64,000 bases of DNA from Octopus sinensis. Taxonomy: Eukaryota. Numbering within the stretch: the first letter of the stretch is position 1; every line of letters begins with the position of its first letter. The notes under the pieces are model-generated. The model saw only the letters and a program-made list of their open reading frames with translations, searched no databases and was not told the DNA's origin. Location: the NCBI RefSeq assembly GCF_006345805.1, contig NC_043008.1, forward strand, positions 16,120,001 through 16,184,000, given 5' to 3'. The translations under genes and the position numbers were made by a program. Below are positions 40,521-53,299 of the stretch, in pieces.

Positions 40521-42125
40521 TTATAATATTTCGCTTGAGCATGTCAATAGTAATAACCTCGCGTTAGAAGCCAATATATATGCTTTAAAATAAAGAATTA
40601 TCTTATAGCTTCCGCACACCCGTAAAAAGCCTTAAGGTGATTCGCATGCACTCAAAGCTGAGTGCATTGCATCTTATTACCAGAAAAAGCTGTAAGCTAA
40701 TGAACTTGATTACTTAATTCCTATACACTTGTCATTTATTTAATTTCCTATTACGCAATATATATACAGATACATTGATACACACACATATCCTATGTCC
40801 CTGTCGTAAGGCCTTACGCCCACACACGCCAGCTTAATTTAATTCGTCCTTAGTCGAAAGACACCTGTCGTTATGTCCTGTTATTTATATTTGTGTAAGA
40901 TTTCTGGGGGGTTTTTTCGGCCTTGCTTCGTATACATTCGCTGCTTTCTGACAAGGAATGTAATGATTTTAGCTTATTTTTCTTTGAGGCTGGCCAGATT
41001 GGAGCAATCTCGAGTATAACCAGCCGAAATTGTAAAGATAATCTGGAACTCGACTGGGGATATAAAACTCCAAATGAGCCATCGTTGTTTTCCTTGTATC
41101 GTCTGTCTGGATATTTTGTTATGTATATATGTATATACATACACATACACACACATATATATATATATATACATACATACATACATACATACATACATAC
41201 ATACAGGCATACATACATGCATACACACACATCTATAATCTGTATATACTATTTTATTATTTTACTTGTTTTAGTCATTTGACTGCGGTCATGCTGGAGC
41301 ATAAAGGATTTTTTAGTCGAAGAAACAGCATGGCCGCAGTCAAATGACTGAAACAAGTAAAGAGTAAAGACTTTGCAAGGAAATGAGTAGCTGATTATAT
41401 GGCGCTTCTATGACGTTATATTTCTTTAGGTCACATATTTACTCTCATCAAGGTTACCAATGGTTTTTTGCCCTACGGTTTTGTTTTAAATAGAATGTAT
41501 ATCTATACCACACTATACAAAGCATGGCAAGTAGATGTAGACGGCAGTAGCAAATTCCAGAAATATGATATTCTTTTTCTGCGGTGAGACAAAATTAACT
41601 CAGAACGTAGCGGAGGCCGATATACGGTTAAGCATCTCGTCCGACGTGCAAGAGATTCTGCCAGCTCACGCGCCTTCATATGTGTTTACATACATTTATA
41701 TAATCGAATACATTAACATATTAATAGAAGCCTATGTCTGCAGCCGTATACGTACGTGTATGTGTGTGTGTCTCTTATTCTTATACTGGGTTCAGTTATT
41801 TCACTGCGGCCTGGACTTATTCTTTGTAAGGCTAGTGGTTAGTCTATCGGTCAAGCCATGGCGGGGGACAAACAAAGAGAGGTGCCAGTGATAGGGCTGA
41901 ATCCGGAACCATGAATAGCTGATTATACAGGGTTTCTATGACTTTATATCTCCTTAGGCCACATGTTTACTGTCATCAAGGTGAGCGATGGATTTTTGTC
42001 CTACGGTTTTATTTTAAATAGAATGTATATCTATACCACACTATACAAAGCATGGCAAGTAGATGTAGACGGCAGTAGCAAATTCGAGAAATATGATATT
42101 CTTTTTCTGCGGTGAGACGAAATTA
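39960..42125. repeat. Local tandem duplication with internal deletion (A-Y-B / A'-B')
   Basis: 39960-40300 matches 41597-41913; 41386-41597 matches 41914-42125. Confidence 0.9.
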
Positions 42126-43089
42126 GAAGAGGCGAAACAAATAGTAAGACAAGCAACATCAATGGAAATTGCAATTTCATTAATGGATTTATCCCAAGCC
42201 TACTGTAGCTGTTCACTCACGCTAGAATTATATAATTAAGCCGTTACATGTAACGAAACGCATAATTGTATTTATTATATATTCGTAAGTATTTCCTCTA
42301 GCCACCGATCATTACAGGTTTATCATGAATCCTCAATGAATAATTATTGCATACACTGGTTTGCTATATATTGGAACGTGGATGGATTACATGTAGTTGA
42401 GCAACAAAGGTTAAATCACAGACAGATGTAATAATATATTGCAATGAATTTACAATAGCTTAATAAAAACAACAAAGCGAACATACAAAGGCAAGCAAGT
42501 ACACGCACACACACGCACACACACACGCACACTCACACTTACATATACACAAAAATGGATTGATGGATGTTTCTCTGAGAAATATTCAATTACGCAATTC
42601 ACCGAATTGCATGCTTCTGGATTAATATATGCGTGGTTGAAACGTCCCTAGACATGTATTCCCATAACGTAATTCTCAGACTCCGTCAGATTGACATAGT
42701 GTCTAACACAGATCTACAATTTGAATTCGAAATACAACCCACCCGTCGGGCTTCTATACATTTTGCTTCTATCTTGCTTATTCTCACGTAAAGGATGTGT
42801 TGACCCTAGGTGATAGAAAATAAAATCAGCCTAAAATGGCACGTAATATGTTCGCGATATAACGGTCTACTCAATGAAGCCATATGGATATGTATGTGTA
42901 TGTAGGCGTACGTCTATGTGTCTGTGTTTGGTTATCTTGTTTAACCAATCAGAAACCAATTTGGAGAAGAAATAACTTATAGGTAAAAAGCACAGCAACT
43001 ATTATTTTTCAAAGCATAATAATCGCCACATTATAAACTCACCCAAATAGCAACCTAATGGAGCTAAATATATATATTGAAATGCACTA

Positions 43090-43490
43090 CGCATATAGGC
43101 GCATGCGTGGCTATGTGGTAAGAATCTTCCTTCCCGAAAAAAAAAACGGTTCTCAGTTCAGACCAACTGTGTGGCACCTTGGCCAAATGTCTTCCAATGC
43201 AGCTTCACGTCGACCAAAGATTTGTGACTGGATTTCGCAGCCTGAAAGAAGTCCCTCGTAGATGTATATATATATGTATGCATGTATGTGTGTATGCATG
43301 TGTGTGTGTGTGCATTTGTGTCTTTCTCCTCATCACCACTTAACAACCGGTGTTAGAATGTTTACAATAGAACAAGTAGTATGCTTAAATATATTTTTCT
43401 GAAGTCGATTTCTTCGACTAAGAACATTCGAGGTTGTACTCCAGCATGACTGTAGTTAATTGACTGAAATATGTCAAAGAAATAAGGAAT
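43090..43490 (+). mobile_element. SINE family A, diverged full-length copy
   Basis: ggctatgtggtaag..gttctcagttcagacc..gtggcaccttggccaaatgtcttc; tail ccagcatgactgtagttaattgactgaaa. Confidence 0.75.
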
Positions 43491-43501
43491 ACGTATGTAT
43501 G

Positions 43502-43562
<61 letters not shown>

Positions 43563-44897
43563 GTATACAATTAACTATATGTATCTACATATCTCAATCA
43601 ATTTTTTCGTGCGTGTATGTGTGTGTATATGTGGCTTTGCGTGTGTGAATGTATATACACGTTCATTTTTCTGTTTCTTATACATGGAATGAGACAAGTT
43701 TGCAAATTGTTTTGAGAATATTTGACACTTAAATCAACTTTTCTCCTTTTGTTTTTAATACTCATCTGAACATTTCGTAAATGCGAGTTTTATAAAGAAA
43801 TAATAATATTCCAATATCTAGAAGATTAAATATAAACAGGTATTGTAAATAGGTGTCTAGCAGAAACAAAAGTTAGAATTAAATATAGGGGCGAATATAA
43901 GCTGGGAGAAGAATGCATGAAACCAAATGTATAAATACAGGACAAATGCGGAAGACAGCAAAGTGAGAAAGAAATTAAGATTAAAATAAATGAAGGTAAA
44001 AAGTGTGACAAATTGTGTTATTGGGTATTTGTAATATCCATAGATTGTTCATGAAGAGAGGGGAAAATCTAACTCATATAGGCATTCAAAGACAAGGGCA
44101 CAGATAAACATGCACAAATATGATTATACTATTTTATAATACGTTAAAACTGCGTGCTGGCGAGGTATTTTGTACGCCAGGCAAAATGCTTTCGCCCGAC
44201 CTGTAATTTCTGAGTTGAAATCCACAGGGGTCTACTTTAACTTTTATCCTTCCGTGGATGTCTGTGTAATCGACTTATCCATTTCCACGAATTTGTCTGC
44301 CATGTGCCAACATTTGAAACCAGTATTTCATATTAAGTTTAATGATTAGGTATTAAACACTATGAAGTATTATATATGTGTTAGAAGATAATATATTCTA
44401 TTCCAATCCGTAGCAGATGTATAGCGGTAAATTCAAGTCATTTTACTGAAATTTCGTGCTACAGTTTGGAGTCTGTATGGTCGCCATTTTACACACGTTT
44501 TACTGAAAACCATAATATAATTGCATAAGACTATCTTAACACAATCGTTTGTTACATGTGACTTCATGAGGATTTGTTGGAATAATGAAGAATGATGTTT
44601 AGTGTCATTAAACATTTATATCATTCCAGAAATTTGAAAGCGCATTATATCTATCAGTTTGCAGACAAAGTGTCACCACAGAATTCAAAGACATCAGAAG
44701 AAATGGTGTTTTAATGTAAGATATACTAACGCAGTAACAACAACAGGAGTTGCGATGAAACGGAACAAAATGACATTAACAGAATTGCTAATGATAATAG
44801 ATAAGGGAAAGACTGCAATTCCAAGTTTTAAACAAAACGTAAAAAGAATAAGAAACTGCAAGTTGCATACGTAAGTCTATGAACACGTATCGATATT

Positions 44898-44991
<94 letters not shown>

Positions 44992-45049
44992 TGGTAATAG
45001 ACGCATATGGATATATATATATATATATATACATATATATACATGCATA

Positions 45050-45095
<46 letters not shown>

Positions 45096-45134
45096 CAGAC
45101 ACACACATATATATATATACACATGCACATATAT

Positions 45135-45166
<32 letters not shown>

Positions 45167-45306
45167 ATTAAAAATGAGGGTGTCTAAAAGACACCAACAT
45201 GCCGAAATAGCAGTCGAAACTCTGACTATAAAACCACGTTAAATGTTCATATCGTACCATGAGGTAAAGCGGAGGGACAAAACATACAAGCAAAAATTAT
45301 TGAATA

Positions 45307-45366
45307 ATTCAAGATCCAAGGATTTCTGGTTCTGCTTTAGATAAGCTTTACCGTCATCAATTGAAT
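45307..45366 (-). ncRNA. Variant type I hammerhead fold
   Basis: Mirror of 45940-45999; stem III reads auccuuggau. Confidence 0.55.
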
Positions 45367-45939
45367 ATATCAAGGGTACATAAATACAGATATATATATG
45401 CACAGCAAACGATATACTTACATATACGAGCGTCGTACATACATACATATGCACGTATGGACACAGCCAGTTTGAATCGCCCGCCAAATCACCGCATAAG
45501 TACGATATGGTTAAAATAAGCACCGCAGTGAATATAATAACGAATTATATAAATTTATATATGAGGATAATATCGATATTTAAGTTTCGAAATTATCAAG
45601 TGGCCAGCATGAAAGAAATACCTTACAAAGGTAAAAAATTTTTTTTTTTAACAATTAAAAATGAGGGTGTCTAAAAGACACCAACATGCCGAAATAGCAG
45701 TCGAAACTCTGACTATAAAATATATAAATATATAAACTCATACATAAATTTATATAATTCGTTATTATATTCACTGGGGTGCTTATTTTAACCATATCGT
45801 ACTTATGCAGTGATTTGGCGGGCGATTCAGACTGGCTGTGTCCATACGTGCATATGTATGTATGTACGACGCTCGTATATGTAAGTATATCGTTTGTTGT
45901 GCATATATATATATATCTGTATTTATGTACCCTTGATAT

Positions 45940-45999
45940 ATTCAATTGATGACGGTAAAGCTTATCTAAAGCAGAACCAGAAATCCTAGGATCTTGAAT
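45940..45999 (+). ncRNA. Variant type I hammerhead fold
   Basis: attcaa-TTGATGA-cggt..acca-GAAA-tcctagg-ATC|ttgaat: 6-bp stem I, palindromic atcctaggat; C3U and a 10.1/11.1 mismatch deviate from the canonical core. Confidence 0.6.
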
Positions 46000-46227
46000 T
46001 ATTCAATAATTTTTGCTTGTATGTTTTGTCTCTCCGCTTTACCTCATGGTGCGATATTAACATTTAACGTGGTTTTATAGTCAGAGTTTCGACTGCTATT
46101 TCGGCATGTTGGTGTCTTTTAGACACCCTCATTTTTAATTGTTAAAAAAAAAAAATTTTTACCTTTGTAAGGTATTTCTTTCATGCTGGCCACTTGACAA
46201 TTTCGACACTTAAATATCGATATTATC

Positions 46228-46276
<49 letters not shown>

Positions 46277-46470
46277 GTACACACACATATAGGTATACAT
46301 GTACTCATTTCCATCATACTTTTAGTTCCTTAAATTAGCGTATCTATGCATGAGTGTTTCAATCCAAAACTTTAACTACATTTCACTGTTTGCAAGTGTT
46401 TTTTTTTATGATTCATGCATTGGCGTTGTGATTCTCTTAACATTCATGCTAGGCGACAAACAAACTAAAC

Positions 46471-46757
46471 GTGGCGGCACATGGCTCATTGGTTCTAGCA
46501 GCGGACTCGTCATCGAGGGATCGTGGGTTCGAATCTCAGACTGGGCGATGTGCCCGTTTATGAGCGAAACACGTAAGTTTTACGCAGCTCCAGCAAAAGG
46601 TAACGGCGAACTTCTGCTGACCCTTCCATCACATCTTTCGCTTACTCTTTCCTCCTACATCTAGCAGCGACGGACAAGTGTATACGTATACGCCAATGAA
46701 ACGAAGGAACCGGCCCTTATGAGCCATGCCATGTTTCGAGAAGGAACAAACAACAAC
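46471..46757 (+). mobile_element. SINE with family C head and a different 3' tail
   Basis: The head aligns with 20823-21010; the tail gaaggaaccggcccttatgagcc..aacaacaac resembles 47325-47350 instead. Confidence 0.7.
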
Positions 46758-47125
46758 AGCATACGCTAAGCAACATAATAGGACCTCATTGCATAACACA
46801 CATGGTAACGGCAATGATCGTTGTTTAATCAAAAAGTGTTGTCTCTTAGTCTTTCCCAAGAAATGTTGTTGTTAGAGAATTTGTCAACAGTGTTAGTTAC
46901 TATTGTTTTATTTGATTTAAAACTTTGCTTTGACCATAATAACCATTGCAGGTTCAATGTTTAATACAATGTTTAAAAACATAGTACTTGGGTGTTTCAC
47001 CTTTTTTGTAATTGAATATTTTTAAGATTCGCAGATAATGTAAGTAGGGGATATGATTCGGCTGCTCAATTTCTTTACATATTGTTGTTGTTATTTAGTG
47101 TATTTGCTCTTTGTATTTGAAAGAT

Positions 47126-47375
47126 GGTGGAGGCGCGGTGTTTAGTCGTTAGGGTGCCAGCACCATGACCCTAAGATTATGGTTTCGATTCCTTGATCAG
47201 GCAACTCGTTGTTTTCTTGAGCAAAACACTTCATTTCACATTGCTCCAGTCCACTCAGCTGGCTAAAATGATCAACACTGAGATGGACTGGCGTCCCGTC
47301 CAGCTAGGGAACACATAGGCCATAAAAACCGGGAAACTGGGCCTATGAGCCTCTCTAGGTTTTAAAATGGCGCTT
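47126..47375 (+). mobile_element. tRNA-derived SINE with a V-domain-like central motif
   Basis: tRNA-like head, cttgagcaaaacactt, gatggactggcgtcccgtccag, gaaactgggcctatgagcc. The domain name is from recall. Confidence 0.6.
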
Positions 47376-47468
47376 TTATTTATTTGAAAGATGAGGCTTA
47401 TTAGTGCGACATTTTAACAGAAACTACTAGCAAGTCTTAAACCTAACTACACCTTTATATACCTATAT

Positions 47469-47687
47469 CAGTGCTTTTCAACATTTTTGCTGGAGCTGAA
47501 CCCCAAGGAAACATTCCGCTGGCTCGAGGAACCCCTGTGCAATAATTTAATAGACATTTGCACACATATCTACACAGGAGAATTAAAAATTACTGCCGAT
47601 TTTAGCAGTTTTGTAATTTCTTGCGGAAACCCTGGACTGTACTGGTGGAACATTAAGGTTCCGCGGAATCCTGGTTGTAAACCACTG
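47469..47687. mobile_element. hAT-type MITE
   Basis: Imperfect TIRs cagtgcttttcaac / gttgtaaaccactg; flanks acctatat / aaatatat (6 of 8 match, degenerate 8-bp TSD). Confidence 0.75.
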
Positions 47688-48734
47688 AAATATATACTAC
47701 CGGCCCCACATAAATAGTGTATTTATCTTGTTTAAACGCCAATTTTTCTGCAAGATAGCGTTCTGGGACCCTATGTATATGTGACCAGAGAGAATTGGAA
47801 TGATTGAAATGTAGACAATAAAAACCCATTCAAGAGAACAGTATGAAATGTTTCTCTGATACATTATCGCTTTGAGTAGAATTTAGAAACGTGACTTGAG
47901 AAAATATGGCATAAATTCTTTGGATAAAATGTTAAGTCAAAATATGTGTCTACATCGGGTGAGGGAGAAAGTGGAAAAGGTATTAGATTAGAAGTCTCTG
48001 CAAGTAAGATATATGATCTATTGTTTATTTACTATATTTATTACATTTTTTTTCCATATTTTCTTCTTTCTTTTGTCGTATTTCATTCAAAATTGCTCGG
48101 TATTCTTTTATTCATTTTTTTCTCCTTTATTCCATTTTCCTCTTAATTTTTCAATATTTTGTATATATTTCTCATTTCTTTCTAACCTATCTATTTGAAA
48201 TTATTTATCACACATCTTTTTATTGAAAATTATTCGCATATTCAAAAATAATGTTCCAATTCTTGTTCTATCAAATATTTATTACAGTGTCAGTTTTCAG
48301 ATAAAGATAAAATGTATTGAATAATCAACTAGCCAAAACATGGAGTAACAAATATGAAAATCTCAGTTCTAGCAGTTCTGGTATAAATAGCTCTTCTTAA
48401 TATATTGAGTATTTTTCTGTTTCCTATCGTTTCTATTATAGATATATGAGTATGTGTTCGTGTTTGTGTGTCTGACTGTGTATGCGTGCATGAGCATTTC
48501 GTTGTTAATTGGAGATTCAAACACGTATAATTTACATAAACGTAATCTGACGAGTAATACTGCTATATGCTCAATGTAGATATATTCACATCGTACTAAC
48601 TACGCGGATCCTCATAATGCATGATATGTCACAAACAAAATAACGTACGTGGCGGGAGTAATATACTGTGAGATTATCCAATGTAGATATATATAATTAT
48701 CAGAGTGCATATACTGAGAAGATTGTTATTTCTC

Positions 48735-49151
48735 ATTTCTTTACTACCCACAAGGTGCTAAAGGTGGAGGTGACAAATAAGGACAGACAAAGGGATTAAG
48801 TCGATTATATCGACCCCAGTGCTTAACTGGTCCTTATTTAATCGGCCCCGAAAGGATGAAAGTCGAAGTTGACCTCGGCGGAATTTGAACTCAGAATGTA
48901 GCAGCAGATGAAATACCTATTTCTTTACTACCCACAAGGGGCTAAACGCAGAGAGGACAAACAAGGAGAGACAAATGGATTAAGTCGATTATATCGATAC
49001 CAGTGCGTAACTGGTACTTTATTTAATCGAGCCAGAAAGGATGGAAAGCAAAGTCGACCTCGGCGGAATTTGAACTCAGAACGTTGCGGCAGACGAAATA
49101 CCGCTAAGCATTTCGCCCGGTGTGCTAACGATTCTGCCAGCTCGCCGCCTT
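48735..49151 (-). mobile_element. Two head-to-tail SINE family B copies (one full-length, one 5'-truncated)
   Basis: atttctttactacccacaagg starts at 48735 and again at ~48919; the second copy ends in the tRNA head ccagctcgccgcc. Confidence 0.9.
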
Positions 49152-51939
49152 AATGTTTGTTATTTCTTTAGCTTCCAATAATCTTCACATACACCGTTCG
49201 AATTTGTTTTGGCAATTGCAGGCAAGCAGAATTTTGATGCTATAAAAGTCTAAATGTTAATAGCAGATTTCATAACCATTGGACGATGTAATTACCGTTG
49301 CCATTCGTTAGTTTCACAATATTGAATTGAAAACATGACATTCACATAATGCCATATTCTGTCTGCACTTTCATATATTCACCTCTAAACTTCTTATTGT
49401 GAAAATCTTAGATTTTAAGTTATTTTCCCATTATCATTCTCTGTCTTCAAACTAATATATATATATATATATATATAGGGCCGCTAGGAAGTCACATTTA
49501 CACATCTGTAGTTCAAACTTGATCAAACCTGTGAAGAACTCATTGTTCAAGTATTTGTCAGAAAACTATAATTGAGCTAAGGTTTTCGACCGGAGGAATT
49601 ACTTATTGTTCATGCTTTCAAAAAGTGTAGCATTCCCCATATTCGATACTGAGCAAAGATGATGCCTTAACATTCTTATTTTAATGTGAATACCACCACC
49701 ATGGGCACACTGTATAACAGGAATCCTTAAAGATTTTGGTTAGCAATTATAAATTCGCAATTCATCTTCAGATATTTGGATCACTCTTATTCTGATGTAA
49801 TAATTGCTAGACTGACCCATTCATTTATCGAAATTTGAAAGGTAGAAGCAGAAGTAAAGTTTGACAAGGGAAATCTTCCATAGTACTAGGATGGTACTTT
49901 ATTTGTATTTATCGACAGTCTTTCAATTACATTGATATGAAATCAAAGAACACAAACTCAGAACAATGATGTGTTGGTGCACTGCGGCACTGTGTATGTA
50001 TGTATGTGCATGCGTGCGTGTGAGTGTGTGTGTGTGAGTGATTGTGTATACATGTGACTATGCGTGTATCACTCTGGGGGGAAAGTAAGTATGTGTTTGT
50101 ATTTTTAATTGAATTTTGCTCTCGTATACGTGCGGGGTTTTTTTCGGAATGGCGAGGGTTGCAATAATTCGCCGTGATTGCTTATATACCAGGACCCTTG
50201 GAGGTTTGTTCGATATTCACAAAACCATCTGCTTCAAATATTTTGATCTAAGCTGAACACAAGTATGGCTTATAATTTTACTCACATATTGTTGTGCATC
50301 ATGAGACTAAAATTATTACTGTTATGGCAGGCTTTTAACTAAAGTTCTTCCGGCGATTTATGATTTCGTTCTTTTCATTATCTGCATCCTCTACCATCAA
50401 TTTATTTTTTTCATCATGATAGCGTGTCATTTTTGTAAGATTTAAATATTTCTAGTAATTTAGGCGATTGTTGGTGTCTCTTAAAAGAGTTACATTTTAT
50501 ATAGAGGCTCCGCACATCATAAATATGTTCATCTTCACAGGAATCAGACGTAAAGCTATATGAAATTGTTAAAACTACCAATGAAATTGAGGTATCGTTG
50601 CTAATTTTTTTTTCTTTTTTATCGCATCAATGCTTTGAAATTTGAGTGCATTCTAAACAAGGTAACACTGCAAACACATTATAAATTGCTTCAGATTTTC
50701 TTTCAAATATGAAACATTAATTCAATGGAAAATATTTATCTCTGACAAATAATCGGTTCTTTGTGAAGATAACTTTGAACACGATTGTATAGAAAACTAT
50801 TCAAAATAACTTGATATATTAAACTATGTTATCTTCCTGTATGAGAGAGTTTCGCCTATAAAAACATACGCTAATAAGAAAACATATCCGGCAACTTAGA
50901 TACTAGATTCAACAATATTGCCGTATCATTAGTTACTGTGTAAGTTAAGACTATTCTCCTGAAAATTGTATATTCTAAATTGTAAATTGTGTAGATTCAG
51001 AGTTTATATCTACGCAAAAACTAAGATAATACTGAGATAACTACTAGAGACAGCGCCCTCTAAAATAGTTTGAAATATATCTCTGAAAATCTGCGTATAT
51101 CTACGTTTGTTACGATTATGTATATTTCCCAAGTGCCTACAGAACGAAAGAAAATTATATTTTAAAATGGAGAAATTATTCACTTTTCCCACCCATTTGT
51201 ATATCTCTATGAGGAAACATACACACATTCACACGTGCACATACATACATACATATATACAGACAGTTACGCATACTAACACACACATATACAAAGATGC
51301 TTATAATTGTATGAATATTATATATTGTATATGTAATATATATATATATACATATATACATACATATATACATGCATATATGTATGTATAATATATAAAC
51401 ATATATGTATACATATATATGTACCTATATATATAATATATATATATATATATAATATATATTATATAATATATATATAATCATATCATCATACTAGATA
51501 TATACACATATAATATTACACTAGTAAACAAATGAACATGTCCGTTGTGTAAAGTATGTAAATATATATGTTTGAGTATGTGAGATGTGTTTGTAAATTT
51601 GCCTATGTCTAACCATTTCAGATAGAATTCATTTTTATACACAATTTCTCACTTATACACACACATACCGACACTCCCAGGCACAAAATATACAGTGAAA
51701 AACAAACTTTGAGATCCTTATACACAAATGCACATAGACACACATGTGGGGCGCGCACACACACATATACTCGCATATGTTTTGTATCTGTCCTCTTTTT
51801 CCCTCTCTCGTTTGCCATACTTCCTTTTCTTTCTCGCTTCCACTCTCAGTTTGTTTTTCATAAGATATATTTCTTAAGGGTGTATTTATTTTTCACCCAT
51901 ATATATATGTATAAACAGCCCAGAGAGCAACACTTGCCT

Positions 51940-53299
51940 GGCCACAGACATCATATTGAAAATCATCTCATCAACACAAAATCAAGATATAAAAAGTGTC
52001 TTGTCGAAATATGATATCAAACAGGAAAGTGGAGCAATATACAAAAATATTTTCACCAACGTAAGTTTACGCGACGATGTTAAAGAAAGCAGCAGCTTTC
52101 TTGAATGATGGTGTCCAAGTTGAGCTCACAGAACCAAACCTTACCAACTGGATTATAGCAAGGATTGAAAACTTCCTCCCGGAGACTTGCAAAATGTGTG
52201 ACAACAGTACTGCATTACGTTTGGCCAAAAACCAGCTTTGGCATGCTTCATCTGTGGACAAGGAATACACGAAGAGTGCTACTTAAAAAAGATAAATAAC
52301 CACATCATTCCAGATATTCTAGGCCTACAACTGGCTATGCAGTTATTGTTCACCAGGGCCACAATAACGAATGAACCTAGGACCCTACCACAGACAGGCC
52401 GTTCTAAACAAGACATTGATTGGCGAAACTGACATGGCAATAAATCCTGCCACACACAGGCCATCCAAGTGCCTCTTGGAAATGACAAGAATGAAGACAA
52501 TGACATGCAAACACCTACAAAACAAGAAACAGGATCCTGCAGAAAAAGACCCAAACTTCCCACGAAAGAAACAGATCCAGAGCAAACGCTCAATGAAGGA
52601 AGGCCAGTATGTATCCATTACAGGCGCAACAAGTGCAAACATGGTCTTTCAGGTACAGGGTGCATGTACAGTCACCCCAAACCATGCAGACTATATATCA
52701 ACTTCGGTACTGATCGAAAAAAAGGATGCCAAAATGGCCGAGAATGTGAACTCCTTCACCCAAAGATGTGCCGCAATTCGCTGAGAAAAAAAAGAATGTT
52801 TTGGTGAGAATTGCAAATTTATGCACCGGAAGGGTACAATTCGCATAAAAAATACTGAAGCACACACCACCAGGACCAAGCTCAGCAGGGTATGAAAACC
52901 ATTTCCCAAAAATGCGGAAACCAGGTCATGCTCAGCAGGGTATGAAAACCATTTCCCAAAATGGGAACCCAGGTCATGGCTCAACAGCGAATGAAAATCA
53001 TGCTATCTGCTACTCATTGCATACATCAGCTGTAACAACCCAAACTCGCAGAAATTCGATATAGAATGAATGAAAGCAGTTTTTTAGGCATAATCTACCA
53101 ACTACAACAACAGCTGTACTCCATACAGACGACTCAGCAAAACCAGGCAACATTGATACAAAGGCTGACACCTGGACTTACAGGGCACGTACAACAAATA
53201 CAGACAGCCCAGCAGACCGAATATCCAGTCAGCACAGTCCCAGCAACTACAACAGTCTTGCCAACAATAGGGCAGATGTATCCGGTACAACAAGCATAA
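51940..53299 (+). pseudogene. LINE ORF1: PHD finger + three CCCH fingers + Q/T-rich tail (frameshifted)
   Basis: Reconstructed across frames: CKMC..CFICGQGIHEEC..WLCSYC (C4HC3); CIHYRRNKCKHGLSGTGCMYSH; CRLYINFGTDRKKGCQNGRECELLH; CRNSLRKKECFGENCKFMH; ~50-bp tandem repeats at 52880-53000. Confidence 0.8.

Larger units (their letters stand above)
45166..46232. mobile_element. Inverted dimer of a cyclically permuted 487-bp unit, embedded in TA tracts
   Basis: P(45166-45232) Q R P(45653-45720), a 23-nt spacer, then the reverse complement in order Q'P'R' (45744-46232). Confidence 0.92.

Noticed and set aside
40790-41110. GC-richer island resembling a Penelope-like terminal fragment
   Set aside because: No hammerhead core or coding motif could be shown from the sequence alone.
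52880-53000. ~50-bp tandem repeats (CRISPR-like?)
   Set aside because: No unique spacers; they lie within LINE ORF1 of a eukaryotic locus.
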